The translations under genes and the position numbers were made by a program. The notes under the pieces were generated by a model. That model searched no databases and was not told where the DNA came from. It worked only from the letters and a program-made list of their open reading frames with translations. A stretch of 64,000 nt of DNA from an uncultured bacterium (GTDB lineage: Bacteria; Planctomycetota; UBA1135; GCA-002686595). Below, piece after piece: positions 1 through 9,901 of the stretch (the stretch's first letter is position 1; every line of letters begins with the position of its first letter). The stretch is taken from positions 384,001 through 448,000 of the forward strand of contig CALSNU010000001.1 of assembly GCA_943787795.1 (NCBI GenBank), read 5' to 3'.

Positions 1-98
1 GAGCGTGTGTCGGTGCCCCTGCGATCCGGGTCCGGCAAGGGCGCGTTTCGGAGGGGAGACAGCCCGCCGGATCCGCCGAGTCCTTCCGGGGTCCAACG

Positions 99-815
99 GT
101 GATGACGCGCGCTGGTCACGGACCGCCCCGAGCTTCTTCCGCGCCCGCATGGCTCGTGGTGCCATGCCTCGCGAGGAACTCCACCGGGACCTCCTCCTAC
201 TGCGAGGCGAGAGCTGGCGACGACCCTCTCACCTTCGGCGCTCTCGCAGCCAGCGTGGCGGGAACGCTCTCTCTGGGGGGCTGCGCCGAGGATGGACCGC
301 TGATCGGGTTTGTGCAAGACGGGCGATCAGGGCTTGAGGGTGTTGAGGTGGCCGGGAGGTCCTGGAAGGAGCTCAGGGGCGGGATGGCCTTCGGTCTCTC
401 GATCACCAACACGACCTCCGCAGAGCTAGGCGGCGTACGGGTGGTTCTCAACGATGAGTATCGCTGCGGGCTCGAAGCGCTCATGGAGTACGGGGGGGGC
501 TTCGCGGGCACGGTCCCCCACGGGCGGTCCACGCTGCGGCCGAACGAGTCCATGAGGTTCGAGGTGAATCACGACACGTCGAACGGCCGGGTCATGCGCA
601 ATGCGAGTCAGCAGCCGCTACCTGATGACCTGAAGCTTGCTAGCGTGACCCTCGAGGCTGGCGGTTCATCCGGGCGGTTCATCCGGGCGGTTCATTCGGG
701 CGGTGGGTCCGACCCGGGGAGTGAGCCTCTCGCGACGATGCTGAGCGCGGGCACGGCGAGGGGGCAAGCACCGTCGAGTCCGCAGGTCGCTTCCCTGGGG
801 CCCAACGTGAGGTGA
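99..815 (+). CDS. hypothetical protein, possible lipoprotein (start uncertain, C-terminus altered by a 13-bp repeat)
   Basis: 238-aa ORF with a hydrophobic stretch ending LSLGGC (lipobox-like), followed by a beta-rich region; no family recognised. Confidence 0.45.
   Translation: MMTRAGHGPPRASSAPAWLVVPCLARNSTGTSSYCEARAGDDPLTFGALAASVAGTLSLGGCAEDGPLIGFVQDGRSGLEGVEVAGRSWKELRGGMAFGLSITNTTSAELGGVRVVLNDEYRCGLEALMEYGGGFAGTVPHGRSTLRPNESMRFEVNHDTSNGRVMRNASQQPLPDDLKLASVTLEAGGSSGRFIRAVHSGGGSDPGSEPLATMLSAGTARGQAPSSPQVASLGPNVR
661..699. repeat. 13-bp tandem repeat x3 (GCGGTTCATYCGG)
   Basis: Units at 661-673, 674-686 and 687-699, read directly. Confidence 0.95.
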
Positions 816-981
816 ACCCAGGTCGCCGGCGTGCGACGTCAAGACCCGGGGTGGGCCCTCAAGGCTCGCGGTCGATGGCGGCGGAGACCCGGAGCGTTCG
901 CAAGACCCCGTCCGGTTGATGGGGTCGCCGAGCGGAGCACGTGAAGCGCGCGCGAGGGAGAGGTGACGACCGCCGTGACGG

Positions 982-1467
982 TCAGCTCGGCGGGTCACCG
1001 AGCGCCTTGATCACCTCAGGTGGCGCCTGCACGAGCTCGAGGAGGACGCCGGTGGCGCCGATGGGGGAGGCTTCGTTGCCCTTCGGGTGGACGAAGCAGA
1101 CATCGTGTCCCGCAGCTCCGGGGCTGATCTCACCGAGGACGCGAACTCCCTCCTGTTTCAGCCACTCGACGGCGGCGGTGAGGTCGTCGACCCACAGGCC
1201 GATGTGGTTGAGGGCTGGAGAGTTGACGCGTGGGCTCTGGTTTGCATTGACGGGCTCCATCAGGTCAATCTCGACCGCGTGGGGCCCTGCGCCGAGGGTG
1301 AGGATGTCTTCATCCACGTTGTGGCTCTCGCTGCGGTATGAGCCGGTCTTCGGGATCCCGAGGAGACCGCTCCAGAACGCGCGAAGGGCGCCCTTGTCGT
1401 CACCGCCGATCGCGATCTGCTGGACGCCGAGGACTCTGAAGGGGCGAGCGGGGGGGCGGTGGCTCAT
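982..1467 (-). CDS. VOC/glyoxalase family protein, methylmalonyl-CoA epimerase-like
   Basis: Motifs [29 protein letters not shown] and GVLLELVQ are typical of the VOC fold. Confidence 0.85.
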   Translation of the reverse strand: MSHRPPARPFRVLGVQQIAIGGDDKGALRAFWSGLLGIPKTGSYRSESHNVDEDILTLGAGPHAVEIDLMEPVNANQSPRVNSPALNHIGLWVDDLTAAVEWLKQEGVRVLGEISPGAAGHDVCFVHPKGNEASPIGATGVLLELVQAPPEVIKALGDPPS

Positions 1468-1498
1468 CGGACGGGGGGCCGGCTCAGCCGGAGGGCGA

Positions 1499-3025
1499 TC
1501 AGGGGATGATCGACCAGCGAGCGAAGGAGCCCGCCGTTTCGAACAGGCTCAGCGTGCCGGTGGGCGCGTCGTAGCACCAGCGGGCGGCTCCTGGCCCGTT
1601 CGCGCAGACGTTTGCGATCAGGAGGTTGTTGCGCCGGACGCTCGACGGGGGGGCGGTCAGCCCTGAGACTGAGATCTCCGTGGCGTTCCCGTCGATGGCG
1701 TAGGTCTGGATCTCGAGGCCAAGATTGGCGTCCAGCTGGAGCTCGTCGACGTTCAGCGTCACGCGCTGGATGTTCTCTCGACCAAAGATCTCGACCATGC
1801 CGGCCGCGGTGGTGCCGGGGAGCACGCGGTAGTCGAAGGCCGCGAACTCGCCGCTGCCATGGGCGATCACATCAAACCCGTTCCACCGCCCGTCCCGGTC
1901 CGCAAGGACCTTCCCCGCAGCGGTGAGGGGCGCGAGGCTCTGCATCTCGAGCCAGTCGCAGACCTCGGACTCGATCAGGAGATCCCAGCAGTGACCCGGG
2001 AGGCCTGTCACGCCGCACGGCTGCGAGGTCATCTCGACGAAGAGTTCGTGCGAGAGGCTCGGCTCGCCTGACATGAACCGGTCCAGCTCGTCGGATTGGC
2101 TCCGCAGGTAGGCCTTGGGGTCGTTGACGTAGTAGTACGTGCGGACCGGAACCCCGGTGAGGTTGACGGCCATGTGGCGGCCAGCGGGGAGCAGGCTACC
2201 GTCGGTCAGCGAGAGGTCGATGGAGGCCGCCCGCTGGTACTCGAAGCGCGGGGGAGGTCCTCCGAAGGTGGCCTCGAGGGGCGTTCGAATCGCGGGTTCG
2301 TGGCTCCACACGTCCGAAGGGCTCACGGCGCCGGTGTGGTTGACGACGGCCGCAAAAGCGCCGGTCTTCCGGTCGCGGTGACGCGCGGCGTAGCTGAGGG
2401 CATTGCCGCCACCCATGGAGAAACCGATGCCGTAGATCCGGTCCAGGTCGATCGGCCATTCGTCGAGGACGTAGTTCAGCACATACTCGACGTTCAGCTG
2501 GCTCTCCGCCGAGCCGAAGCTGATGTCCCCGGTGTTCAGGACCGGGTTGATCTGGATCGGCGCGAGGACGAACCAATCGCGGGCGGCGGCCTCCGCGAGG
2601 AATTCCGTGTTGTAGTAGGAGAAGTCGAGGTGGGAGACTCCGAAGCCGTGGAAGCCGACGATCATCGGCCGGGCCTGCCCGGAGGGCGAGCTGGGCACGT
2701 AGAGGGTGAAGAGTTCGTCGGTCCCCGTCGCGGGAACGAACAGGCGGAGGACGTACGCCGTCCCGCCGATTCCCGGGATCAGCTTGGGGGCCGAGAGCGC
2801 AGGGACCGCGATGCTCGTGAGCCAGGCGGTGGTCGCTTGACCGACGCGCAGCTGCTGCGGGGTCATCGCGGACGGATTCCCGCCCGGACGGCCGAGGAGC
2901 GTCCGGAGCCCGACGCCGGGGAGCGAGCGGCCTCCGTTGCGTTGCGGAGTCGCGAACCCTGCAGACGTCAGCACCATGGCCAGGAGCAGCCAAAGGGTGG
3001 TGAGGTGGGCGGGGCGGGTGCGCAT
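1499..3025 (-). CDS. secreted alpha/beta hydrolase (esterase/peptidase S9-like)
   Basis: Signal peptide, [10 protein letters not shown] oxyanion region, and nucleophile elbow in [15 protein letters not shown]. Confidence 0.8.
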   Translation of the reverse strand: MRTRPAHLTTLWLLLAMVLTSAGFATPQRNGGRSLPGVGLRTLLGRPGGNPSAMTPQQLRVGQATTAWLTSIAVPALSAPKLIPGIGGTAYVLRLFVPATGTDELFTLYVPSSPSGQARPMIVGFHGFGVSHLDFSYYNTEFLAEAAARDWFVLAPIQINPVLNTGDISFGSAESQLNVEYVLNYVLDEWPIDLDRIYGIGFSMGGGNALSYAARHRDRKTGAFAAVVNHTGAVSPSDVWSHEPAIRTPLEATFGGPPPRFEYQRAASIDLSLTDGSLLPAGRHMAVNLTGVPVRTYYYVNDPKAYLRSQSDELDRFMSGEPSLSHELFVEMTSQPCGVTGLPGHCWDLLIESEVCDWLEMQSLAPLTAAGKVLADRDGRWNGFDVIAHGSGEFAAFDYRVLPGTTAAGMVEIFGRENIQRVTLNVDELQLDANLGLEIQTYAIDGNATEISVSGLTAPPSSVRRNNLLIANVCANGPGAARWCYDAPTGTLSLFETAGSFARWSIIP

Positions 3026-3360
3026 GGTGCAGCGGGCTCGTCGGGTCGGCGGGTGCGAGCCGCCTTCGCAGGAAGACTATCCCGCTGAGCTACGGCCGTC
3101 TTCGTAGAAGAAGGTAGTCGGGCAGAAGGGTCGACCAAGAGGACGGACTTCTGGCTCGATACGAGTCCGTTCGGGGGGCCAGGGGAGAGGCTCATGGGGC
3201 CGCCGAATCAGCCTTGTCTCAATATAGGACAAATGTGGCCGCGTGTGGCTCAGGAACGGAGCATGCCCAGCGCTTGTGCTCCCGCGGCGCCCTCCGCCCG
3301 CGCTGCCCGTCCCTTGATGTCCTCAGGCTCGCCTTGGGCAGTGATCCCGGACGGCCACGC

Positions 3361-4968
3361 TCAGGGATTGGGGGCGACCTTGTGCTGCTCGGCGGTCTCC
3401 GGCTGCAGCTGGGCGTACTCCTCGGAGAGGTCCTCTTGCGTCTGGCCCGTGGCGCGGACGTAGAGGTCGAAGAGCTTCTGCTCGACCGGGAACCCGTAGG
3501 CGCCCCGTTCGAGGCGACGGCCGGCGATGCGAGAGAGGAGCTTGCGCATCCACATGGGCCCCTCTTGCACGTGCATGTCGTAGATCGCGGCCGTGTTGTT
3601 GTAGCGCGCCCACGTGTTGCGGATCGACTCGGGCAGCGGGGTGTTCTGCGAGTTGTACTTGTACTCGAAGCAGTTGCCCCACTCGTCGAAGTTGGTGGGG
3701 GCCTCATAGCCGAGCTTGACCGCGTGGTCGAAGTCCTCGGTGCCCGGGATCGGCCGGAACGGATAGACGTCCGAGCCCGCCGCGGGATAGAGGTACTTGA
3801 GGTGAGCCGCGGCCTTGAGCGTGGCGGCCATGGACTCCTCGGTCTCGCCGGGGTAGCCGATGATCCAGAAAGTACCGGGCACGATGTTGCGCTTCACGAG
3901 CTCGCCCACGGCGATCGGAATATGGTCGATCCCGATGTGCTTCTTGATGCGCTCCTGCATGTCGGCGGTGCCGGTCTCGGCGCCGAGCCACAGCAGGTGG
4001 CACTTGGACTCTTCAAGGAGATCCAGCGTCGTCTCCTTGTAGCGCATGATCGTCTCGATCTCGATCGTGCCGTTCCAGTGGATCGGCACCTCGAGGTTGA
4101 CCAGCTCCTGGCAGAACTCCTTGGTGCGCTTCTCGGCGACCCCGAAGTTGGCGTCCTGGAAGCGCAGCACGTCGAAGCCGAAGCGCTGCTGAAGCTCCGC
4201 GACCTCCTCGGCGAGCGCCTTGCCCGAGATCGCCTTCCAGCGGCGACCTGTGAGCTTGGGGGAGCAGCAGAAGGTGCACGGCTCGGGGCACCCGAAGCTC
4301 GAGAACATGCTGAAGCCCTTGGGCGGATTGTCCGGCGTCCAGTGCCCGGGGAGCGGGAACCGGTGGCGGACCTTCATGTTCCCGGAGGGGGCGAGCTGCA
4401 GCTCGACGTAGCGGTCGTACTCGAGGAGGTGCCAGGGCACCGGCTCGAACTTCTCGAAGCCGACGACGGGCCGGTGGTCGGTGTAGACCGGCTTGCCGTC
4501 GCGGTTCACAACGAGCCCGGGGACCTCCTCGAGGTTCCCGCCGCTGGCCACGCAGTTCACGACATCCCTGAAGGTGAGCTCGCCCTGGCCGATCCCGACG
4601 GCGTCGGCGATGCCCTGCTCGATGTAGAGCTCAGGCGTGACGCTGGGGAACCAGCCGCCCCAGATGATCGGGAGGTCGGGGTGCTTCTCCCGGACCATCT
4701 TCGCGGCGACGTAGCCGTCGTAGACCTGGTAGCCGAGGATGCACGAAGACGCGAAGAGCAGGGCGCCCTCGCAGGCCTCGTCGATCTTCCGGAGGTAGTC
4801 CGGCTCGATCATCGCGTCGATCATCACCACCTCGAACCCGTCGGCCACCGGGCCGGACGCGATCTGCAGCAGCTCGAGCGGCAAGAGGTCGGCGCTGAAC
4901 CGCTCACCGCGCGAGGGGTCAGCGCGGTGGGGGAGGAACAGGACGATCTTGTTCTTGCGTTGGATCAT
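3361..4968 (-). CDS. B12-binding domain radical SAM enzyme (paralog 2)
   Basis: CPEPCTFC (CxxxCxxC), N-terminal cobalamin-binding Rossmann region (PIIWGGWFPS, GQGE), FQDANF, LGAETG, IIGYPGET. Confidence 0.92.
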   Translation of the reverse strand: MIQRKNKIVLFLPHRADPSRGERFSADLLPLELLQIASGPVADGFEVVMIDAMIEPDYLRKIDEACEGALLFASSCILGYQVYDGYVAAKMVREKHPDLPIIWGGWFPSVTPELYIEQGIADAVGIGQGELTFRDVVNCVASGGNLEEVPGLVVNRDGKPVYTDHRPVVGFEKFEPVPWHLLEYDRYVELQLAPSGNMKVRHRFPLPGHWTPDNPPKGFSMFSSFGCPEPCTFCCSPKLTGRRWKAISGKALAEEVAELQQRFGFDVLRFQDANFGVAEKRTKEFCQELVNLEVPIHWNGTIEIETIMRYKETTLDLLEESKCHLLWLGAETGTADMQERIKKHIGIDHIPIAVGELVKRNIVPGTFWIIGYPGETEESMAATLKAAAHLKYLYPAAGSDVYPFRPIPGTEDFDHAVKLGYEAPTNFDEWGNCFEYKYNSQNTPLPESIRNTWARYNNTAAIYDMHVQEGPMWMRKLLSRIAGRRLERGAYGFPVEQKLFDLYVRATGQTQEDLSEEYAQLQPETAEQHKVAPNP

Positions 4969-5001
4969 CGGGAGGGCAGGGGCGTCAGGCGAGAGGACCG
5001 G

Positions 5002-6636
5002 TCAGGACCCCGGACGGTTGTAGACAGGGGCGCTGGTGGTCAGGCCGACGGTCTGATCGAGGCCCGGGGCCGCGATCTCCTGCGCCGCCGCGTTCAGCTT
5101 GTCAGCCTTCGTCTGCTTGGTGAGCTTGACGTAGGTGTGGAAGGCCTTGTGCTCGAGCGGGAAGCCGTAGTTGCCCGTGCGAAGCCGCCAGCCAGAGATC
5201 TTCTTGAGCGCCGCGCGGAACCACTCGGCGCCCTCCATGGCGAGGCCGTCGTAGAAGGTCGAGGCCACGCCGTAACGCTTCCAGGTGCGGAGCACGTCCT
5301 CGGGGATCTGGATGTCATCGAAGGACTCCCGGTACTCAAGGCAGCCGCCCCACTCCTCGAGGGTGCGCGGGGCCTTGTAGCCGAGCCGGACGGCCTTGTC
5401 GAAGTCCTCGGTTCCGGGGATGGGCCGGAAGGGGAAGACATCCGAGGCGGCGCGGGGGAACTTCAGCTTCATCTCTGCGGCGCGGCGCAGGGTCGAGAAC
5501 ATGGACTCCTCGGTCTCGCCGGGGTAGCCGATGATCCAGGAGCAGCCCGTCGTGATGTTGCGCTCGTACATCGCGCGCAGGCTGGTCTCGAAGTGCCCGG
5601 TGTCGATGTTCTTCTTGATGACCGCCTGCTGCTCGGCAGAGCCGGCCTCGGCGCCGAGGCTGACCATGTGGCACTTGGACTCCTGGAGCTTGTCCAGGGA
5701 CTCCTTCTTGTAGCGTGCGATGGTCTCGATCTCGTAGCAGCCCGACCACCAGAACGGCGAGCCGTGCTCGATGAGCGTCTCGGTGAACTCGTTGGAGCGC
5801 TTCTCCGCGACGCCGAAGTTGGCGTCCTGGAAGCGCATCACGTTGAAGTTGAAGCGGTCCTGGAGCTCGAGGAGGTCCTCGGCGAGCTTCTTGCCGGGGA
5901 TGGCCTTCCAGCGCCGGCCCGTGACCATGGGGGAGCAGCAGAAGGTGCAGGGCTCCGGGCAACCAAAGCTCGAGAAGTAGCTGAAGCCGCGGACCTGGGT
6001 CCCGGCGGGCATGTCCCAGGGGTCCGGGTACTTGTGCCGCATCTTCCACGGCCCCGGGTTCTGCTGGCGCTCGACGTACTCCTCGAAGTCGATCAGGTGC
6101 CACGGGGCGTCGGGGAACTTGTCGAAGCCGACCACCGGGCGGTGGTCCGTCATGATCGTCTTGCCGTCGCGCTCCACCATGAGGCCGGGGACCGTCTCCA
6201 GGCTCTCGCCGGAGTCGATGGCCTGGACGACGTCGCGGAAGGTGAGCTCCCCCTGGCCGAGGCCGACGGCGTCGGCGATCCCCTCCTTGAAGAAGAGGTC
6301 GGGAGCCACGCTTGGGAACCATCCGCCCCAGATGATCGGCAGGTCAGGGTGTCGTTGGCGGATCGCCTTGGCGACGCGCGCTCCGTGGGCGACCTGGAAG
6401 CCGAGGATGCAGGAGCTCGCAAAGAGCAGTGCCCCGTCGCAGGCTTCCATCAGCCGGTCCATGTAGTCGTCGTGGACCATGGCATCCACGATCACGACCT
6501 CGTAGCCCTCTTGCACCGGCCAGGCTGCAATCTGGAGCAGCTCGAGCGGGAGGAGGTCGGCCGCAACGCGTACACCCTCCTCCGGATCTGCCCGATGGGG
6601 CATGAACAGCACGATGCGTTTCTTGCGCTGGATCAT
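5002..6636 (-). CDS. B12-binding domain radical SAM enzyme (paralog 1)
   Basis: Same motifs as the adjacent paralog; start set at MIQRKKRIV (ATG 6636) by alignment with the paralog's MIQRKNKIV. Confidence 0.92.
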   Translation of the reverse strand: MIQRKKRIVLFMPHRADPEEGVRVAADLLPLELLQIAAWPVQEGYEVVIVDAMVHDDYMDRLMEACDGALLFASSCILGFQVAHGARVAKAIRQRHPDLPIIWGGWFPSVAPDLFFKEGIADAVGLGQGELTFRDVVQAIDSGESLETVPGLMVERDGKTIMTDHRPVVGFDKFPDAPWHLIDFEEYVERQQNPGPWKMRHKYPDPWDMPAGTQVRGFSYFSSFGCPEPCTFCCSPMVTGRRWKAIPGKKLAEDLLELQDRFNFNVMRFQDANFGVAEKRSNEFTETLIEHGSPFWWSGCYEIETIARYKKESLDKLQESKCHMVSLGAEAGSAEQQAVIKKNIDTGHFETSLRAMYERNITTGCSWIIGYPGETEESMFSTLRRAAEMKLKFPRAASDVFPFRPIPGTEDFDKAVRLGYKAPRTLEEWGGCLEYRESFDDIQIPEDVLRTWKRYGVASTFYDGLAMEGAEWFRAALKKISGWRLRTGNYGFPLEHKAFHTYVKLTKQTKADKLNAAAQEIAAPGLDQTVGLTTSAPVYNRPGS

Positions 6637-6923
6637 GGGATGGACGCGGGGGAGGAGACCCTCTGTGAATAGATCGGCTCTGAGGAGGGGTCCGGTGAGG
6701 GGGGATCTCTGCGAAACCTCACCCTGCCGCTGGTTGGCACACCTGCTCTGCACCTCAGGTTACCCGAGCCCGACGAGTGGGGGGACGGCTGACGCGCGAC
6801 CGCGGCACAGGCTGCGGGCAGCGGACGTGGTTTATTGCCCCATGTCCCGCAGGGAGACCGCGGCAGGGGCGGGGTGCTTGCGCTCCCTGCGCCGGACCGG
6901 GGCTCTTGGAGCTAGGGGAGTCC

Positions 6924-8168
6924 CTAGTATGTTTCTTCGACCCACGCCTTCCAGCTGCGGTCGAACTGGGCGTAGCTCATGCCCAGTTCGTCGCGAAACA
7001 GGGACCTCTGGACGTCGGGGAGCGTCGTGGCGTCGTCGATATGCTGGTCGTTCTTGATGCCCGAGATCGTCGCCAGGTAGGTCTTCAGGAACTCGGGGTG
7101 AACCTCGACGAGGTAGTCGAAGATCGACCACGTGGCGAGGTGGTGGGGCTTTTCCAGCTCCGCGAAGGTGCGCATCTTCACCATGGAGGCGAAGGAGGGC
7201 GCGTCGCTGGACTTCACCAACTTCAGGGTCGGGCCCTTCCAGTCGGACTTCTTGAACATCTGTGCGGCAGAGCCCTCCGAGGAGTCGAAGGTGTTGAAGC
7301 GCGGGTTGAGGTTCCTCTCGAACCAGTGCGCCGCCCCCTCGCGGATCCAGATGGGCTTGTCGTACGAGTAGTGCTTGTACCCGTTCATCATCATCTGAGT
7401 GACGTTGAATACGACGTGGCCGTGCATCCCCTCGTCGACGTTGAGCTGACCTTGTCCGCCGTGGGCGATGAAGCAGAGGGCGTCGCGATCGCGGATATTC
7501 CAGCGCTGGCTGAGCTTGGTGGTCAGCCCGAGGCGGGCGGTGAGGAAGCGCGTCGACCACTTCTCCGAGGGGAGCAGCAAGACCTCGAACTTCCCCATCT
7601 GACCCATGTAGGGGCCGATACCGAAGTAGGGCGTCCCGATGTCCCAGATCTCCTTGTTGGACGCGAAGGTCTCGTCGGTCACGCCTAGGAGCTCTTGCAC
7701 GCGGTCGTAGTGCTCTTCGAGGCGCTGCGCATAGAGGTGCGCCCGCAGCCACGGGTCCAGGATCTTGGTGTCCGGCTTCACCACGGGGAGGGCGGCCTGG
7801 AGCTTCGTGAGCTCGGCCTTGACCTTCTTGCGCTCCTCCTTGGTCACTTTGACCTTGGGGAGGGCGATGCCGAGCTCGAAGTGGGGCGTCTCGATCCACC
7901 GGATGTCGAGACCATCGAGGAGCGCGGCGACCTCCTTGGTCGTGTCCGGGGCCGCGCCGAACTCGAAGCCGCCCATGGAGACGTATCCAGCGGCCTCGAT
8001 GTACTTCTGCTTTCCACCGCGCGTGTAGGGGTCGTTCGCCGGGTCCGTGAGGGGCTTGGAGCGATCGAGCGGCTTCTGGGCCCCGGCGATGGCGGTGAGG
8101 GCGATCACGCCCCAGAGGCCCGTGGCGAAGAGGCGTATTAACTTGGGTGCACGAGTCATGGTCTTCAT
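6924..8168 (-). CDS. secreted hypothetical protein with gluzincin-like PxWxxEGxA motif
   Basis: Signal peptide ending AGA-Q; PIWIREGAAHWFE present but no HExxH; start at ATG 8168, just after the upstream stop. Confidence 0.7.
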   Translation of the reverse strand: MKTMTRAPKLIRLFATGLWGVIALTAIAGAQKPLDRSKPLTDPANDPYTRGGKQKYIEAAGYVSMGGFEFGAAPDTTKEVAALLDGLDIRWIETPHFELGIALPKVKVTKEERKKVKAELTKLQAALPVVKPDTKILDPWLRAHLYAQRLEEHYDRVQELLGVTDETFASNKEIWDIGTPYFGIGPYMGQMGKFEVLLLPSEKWSTRFLTARLGLTTKLSQRWNIRDRDALCFIAHGGQGQLNVDEGMHGHVVFNVTQMMMNGYKHYSYDKPIWIREGAAHWFERNLNPRFNTFDSSEGSAAQMFKKSDWKGPTLKLVKSSDAPSFASMVKMRTFAELEKPHHLATWSIFDYLVEVHPEFLKTYLATISGIKNDQHIDDATTLPDVQRSLFRDELGMSYAQFDRSWKAWVEETY

Positions 8169-8172
8169 GAGG

Positions 8173-9207
8173 TCAGAGCCGCGCCTTCCAGCGCTTTGCA
8201 TGCTCGATAGCGTCGAACGAGGACATCCGCTTCAGGGGGGGCTCCCCGTCAACGATCATCCTCAGGGCATTGATTGAAGCCACCTTGACGTGGTTCTGCT
8301 CGGCGTCGAGCAGGAGGACCACGGGGGCGATCTGGTCTTCGGAGGCCGCGTAGGTGATGAGTCGCAGCAGCACCACCCGATCGCCGGGCGTCGTGGACCT
8401 GGAGAGCCTCTGTGACAGCTCCGCGCCGATCTCGGGGCCCGCGGACCTGGCGTGGGCCGAGGCCTGCTCGATGGCCGGGCTCCAGGACTTCCACGGCTCC
8501 GGAGCCGCCAGGCTGATCACGCGTTCGAGCCCCTTCGGAGAGCCGGCGGAGAGGCACAGGACGGCGGCGAGGTCGAGATCCACGGCCTCGACCGGCTGGC
8601 GTGCCCGCTTGTTGGCGGCCTCTGCCGTGAGGGCAGCGAGGTGCGCCTCGGACCGCTCGCGCAGGCCAGGATCGCCGAGCTCGGCGATCCTGCGTGCGGC
8701 GTAGCGACGGGGCGGGCGGGCGCTCTCGTCGAGGATCTCAGCGAGGAGCCGCGTGTGTTTCGGGCCGGTGACGGAGTCGAGGGCCGCCTCCAGACGCGCG
8801 CGGGCCTCGGCGTCCTTCTCGGACTTGAGGGACTTGAGGAGCAGCGGGGCCGCGGCCGGGCCAATCTCCTCCAGCCGCTGTGCTCCCTTGATCGCCATCT
8901 CCTCGGTGCGCGCCTTGCGGACCTGCGAGATGCTCTTCTTGAGCTCGGCCTTCTTGGCGAACTCGGGCCACGCCGTCGCTCGCTTGACCTCGTCCCCTGT
9001 AGCTGGATCTTCTGTAGCTGGATCTTCCGTAGCTGGATCTTCCGGAGCTGGATCCCCAGCTGTGAAGGGCCCCGCTGCGGGTGACCCATGCTTGGGTGAT
9101 TCAGCTGCGGCTGACTCAGCCGTCGAGACCTCGGTCGGAAGGGGGGCGGCGAGGGGCGCAGCTGCGGCCCAGATCGGGTGGGCGGCGAGGAGGAGCTGGG
9201 AGATCAT
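8173..9207 (-). CDS. HEAT/PBS-lyase repeat protein, probably exported
   Basis: Helical repeats (LEEIGPAAAPLL, AARRIAELGDP, VKVASINALRMI); ATGA overlap with the upstream gene at 9204-9207. Confidence 0.7.
   Translation of the reverse strand: MISQLLLAAHPIWAAAAPLAAPLPTEVSTAESAAAESPKHGSPAAGPFTAGDPAPEDPATEDPATEDPATGDEVKRATAWPEFAKKAELKKSISQVRKARTEEMAIKGAQRLEEIGPAAAPLLLKSLKSEKDAEARARLEAALDSVTGPKHTRLLAEILDESARPPRRYAARRIAELGDPGLRERSEAHLAALTAEAANKRARQPVEAVDLDLAAVLCLSAGSPKGLERVISLAAPEPWKSWSPAIEQASAHARSAGPEIGAELSQRLSRSTTPGDRVVLLRLITYAASEDQIAPVVLLLDAEQNHVKVASINALRMIVDGEPPLKRMSSFDAIEHAKRWKARL
8998..9057. repeat. 15-bp coding tandem repeat x4 (EDPAT linker)
   Basis: TGTAGCTGGATCTTC-like units at 8998, 9013, 9028 and 9043. 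Confidence 0.95.
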
Positions 9208-9893
9208 CGAGGGCCTCGGGTCGGATACAGGAAGGCCGGAGGCACCATGGGCTCCCACTCGGGGTCCACGATCTCGATCTTGAAGCCCTGAACCGCGTCC
9301 TGAACCAGGTCACGGACGCCCTCGGGCGGAAGATAGGGCACGTCGTAGCGGAGGATCGTGACCTCGGATTGGCCTCCGAATTCGCCCGGCGGGTCCGTGG
9401 TCGCTGTGAGCTTGAAGAACGTCCAGTTGCCGGGCGTCTCCTGGAGGTCGGAGACAGTCAGCGGCTCCATCTGGCTCGCGATCGCCCAGGGGATCAGCCC
9501 GACCTCCTTGAAGGTCCCGCTCATGACCCGCGGCTCCGGCGCGTCGGGCGGCATCTCACCGGTCTCGCGCAGCGCGGACAGGAGGCTCTGGGCCTGCGCG
9601 AAGGCCTCCTCCCGGGCGCTCGGGTCCAACGCCGCGCCGGCGGCTAGCGGAATGGAGATGTTGCTGAGCACCTTGCGGCGGTGATCGCGAAGGACGAACT
9701 CGGGTTCAATCCGGGCGATGGCTTCCACGAAACGGTCCACGTCCGCGGCGAGCACGGGCTGGTCATCGACGAGGAGGATCGTGCCCTCGGGGTACGACCT
9801 GGGGGTCGGGGCGTCGGGTGTCGGCTCGGAGCAACCCGCCGAGCAAAGGACCGGGGTCAGGAGGAGAACTGTTCTGAACATGGGGTGGTTCAT
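9204..9893 (-). CDS. lipoprotein of unknown function (weak SurA/foldase-like features)
   Basis: Lipobox SAGC, GGAGG RBS, and VSDLQETPGNWTFFKL, which resembles a rotamase C-terminal strand. Confidence 0.7.
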   Translation of the reverse strand: MNHPMFRTVLLLTPVLCSAGCSEPTPDAPTPRSYPEGTILLVDDQPVLAADVDRFVEAIARIEPEFVLRDHRRKVLSNISIPLAAGAALDPSAREEAFAQAQSLLSALRETGEMPPDAPEPRVMSGTFKEVGLIPWAIASQMEPLTVSDLQETPGNWTFFKLTATTDPPGEFGGQSEVTILRYDVPYLPPEGVRDLVQDAVQGFKIEIVDPEWEPMVPPAFLYPTRGPR

Positions 9894-9901
9894 CCTCCGC
9901 C

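Noticed and set aside
840..925. CAAGACCC motif recurring at 840, 901 and 27997 as REP or IS ends
   Set aside because: Only 8-11 bp are shared, with no consistent palindrome, target duplication or transposase.
3214..6672. 1152-aa plus-strand ORF, and similar long ORFs at 39851-41257, 43343-45910, 46529-48961, 51068-53116 and 60374-61888
   Set aside because: Antisense shadows of well-supported genes. Strong GC3 bias removes stops on the opposite strand, and no motifs are recognisable.
6735..6752. TGGCAC as a sigma54 promoter
   Set aside because: No GC at the required -12 spacing, and it points away from the adjacent gene.
6637..6923. Cobalamin riboswitch or RiPP precursor upstream of the B12 radical SAM pair
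   Set aside because: No B12-box or other riboswitch consensus and no convincing short ORF with an RBS; only small hairpins. An Rfam scan would settle it.
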